A stretch of DNA of 64,000 nt from NCBI RefSeq assembly GCF_009914755.1, contig NC_060939.1; one strand, 5' to 3'. Positions 61,501 to 64,000 of this stretch are shown here, in pieces. Below the pieces are notes generated by a model. It was given only the letters and a program-made list of their open reading frames with translations. It ran no database searches and had not been told where the DNA came from. The stretch's first letter is position 1. Each line of letters opens with the position of its first letter. The position numbers and the translations under genes were made by a program. Source of the stretch: the human T2T-CHM13v2.0 reference genome, Homo sapiens.

Positions 61501-64000
61501 GATATCATAATATAATATATATTTTAACATTATGTATGTAACATGTAATATGTGATATATAAAATAAATTATGTAATATAAAATAATATAATATAATATA
61601 TACTATATTAAGGTATATTATGTAAAGTATGTAATAAAATTATAAGTAACATAATATATAGTTATATATATTATCTTATGTATTTACATAGAGTATTATA
61701 CAGTTATATATAATTTTAAATTGTTATATATAATTTAATATAAAACAAATATAATATATATCATAACATATATATTGTATACCATATATATATTATGTAT
61801 CATATATTGTATGTTATATATTATATATTCTATATCATATATCATATATTATATGTTATATATATCACATTCCACATTTTGTATATTATAAATTATATAC
61901 AATATATGACATATATTATATTATATATAATAAATTATACATTATATGTAACATAGTATATATTATATGTAACATGTATATTCTATGTAAAATATATAAT
62001 ATATAACATATTACATATAATTAATAACATAGACATATAATATATATTTAACATATGTACTATATATACAACGTATTATACATATACTATATAATATATA
62101 TTATATATATGGCATAAAATATAATATATATTATATGTCATATTTTATATATACAATTATATATTATTATATGTTATTTTATATTATGTATAACATAGAT
62201 ATAATATATATACCTATAATGTATATTACATATAACGTAGATATTATATATAATATATATAATGTATATTATATATAACGTAGATATTATATATAATATA
62301 TATAATGTATATTATATATTTAATACGTATATTAACCATATAATATATTCTATATATGATATATAATATATATTATATATGTCATAAAATATAATATATA
62401 TTATATGTCATTGTATAAATATAATACTTATATATTATCAATTATTATATTACATTTAATATATATAATATAAGATGCAGGATGTGAAACAATATTATAT
62501 ATATGTTATTTATATTATATATATGATACTATATATTATTGTATACATAATGTGTATATATATTTGTGGGTGCCCTATTTCCCATCTCATAACTTGTTTT
62601 AAGAAGCGCAGCATAATAATGTGTGGGCTTGGGATTCAGTTTTTGAAACAAAACACTGAGCCTTCAATGACCTTTCGGTCTATGTAGAAGCGCTCCTGTC
62701 TTCGTGGCAGCAGTTGGACCTCACAATGTGGATTGTGCCGTCACCCTGCAATGTTTATGCCCTATCGCCATGGTGACGGGATTAGGGATCTCCTGCTCTT
62801 GGTCCTAAAGGCCACTGTCTGTGCTGTGTTTTTCAAAGGTCAGCACAGAGTGAACCTTTGTGGTTTTATTTTCCCTGAGTTTGATTTTTCTCATGGGGAA
62901 CCTGTGGTGCTGCTTTGAAGGTATATTCATACTGGCCTTTCAAATGCCAACTCTTCAAATTACTAGTTAATGCTTTCAAAGTATGTTATTTCAAAAATTA
63001 TCCTCCGTATTTTCCATATGCAGTTATAAATATGTTTCATGGTTATGTTTCATTCCTCAGTTTATATATTTGATTATTGTACCAAGCAGAGTACCTTTGA
63101 AATTTTTTTTCATCTAAAAAATATGTAAATTAGCTCAGGCCTGTAATCCCAGCAAATTTGGAGGCCAAGGCAAGGGGATCACAAGGTAAAGAGATCAAGA
63201 CCATCCTGGCCAATACAGTGAAACGCTGTCACTACTAAAAATCCAAAAAATTAGCTAGGCATTGTGGCAGCTGGTGTAGTCCCAGTGTGGTGTAGTCCAA
63301 GCTACCTGGGAGGCTGAGGGAGGGCAATCGCTTGAACCCGTGAGGCAGATGTTGCAGTGAGCAAATTTGGTGCCATTGTACTCCACCCTGTGCAACAGGA
63401 CAACACTCTGTCTAAAAAAAAATTATATATGATATATGTTATATGTTATGTAATATGCTTTATATGTAATATATAACCTCATATATATTATATGTCATAA
63501 TATATAATAGTTATCCTGTGTCATATTATATATATTATATATTTCATAACATATATAATATATAATACATATTATACATCTTATATATGAAAATATGTAA
63601 TTAGAGATAAAATAACATATAGTTATATATAATATGATATATAACATATATACTATATCATATATGATATATAATATATAATTTTTTATTGCATATTATA
63701 ATTCATATATATTATAATTTATATAATGATATAATTATTTATATAATATAAATAATTATACATGCTTATATAATTATATATAATATAAATAATAATATAT
63801 ATAATTACATATTCATATCGTTATATATAATAATACATTTCATATGTAATTATATATATCATATAATAGACAACACACCTAATATATAATATATAATATA
63901 TATTATACAATATAGGATACAAAAGATGTATGATATATAAGATATCATAATATAATATATATTTTAACATTATGTATGTAACATGTAATATGTGATATAT

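Overview
Human or great-ape genomic DNA with no credible protein-coding gene. Positions 1-~8730 are a repeat-rich unique flank: a (TG)n microsatellite, a 14-copy 45-bp minisatellite, an L2 fragment, an AluJ, and a 5'-truncated L1MA-type element interrupted by an AluY. From ~8732 to the window end is a head-to-tail array of ~2.4-kb composite satellite units. Each unit is a ~565-bp 'HSATI' segment, then a ~290-bp diverged Alu, then a ~1.55-kb AT-rich tract. This is the known HSat1B/DYZ2 family (Yq12 and acrocentric short arms); 23 copies of the unit core are present. The window captures the edge of the array and its internal layering: a divergent, shorter border copy; a ~2400-bp subfamily that switches to a ~2440-bp subfamily inside one chimeric unit; a 7307-bp three-unit higher-order repeat; and further local duplications. 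The recurrent ORFs are artefacts of the repeat. I found no evidence of a new gene system; the most interesting signals concern satellite structure and evolution. The chromosome and species cannot be fixed from the sequence alone.
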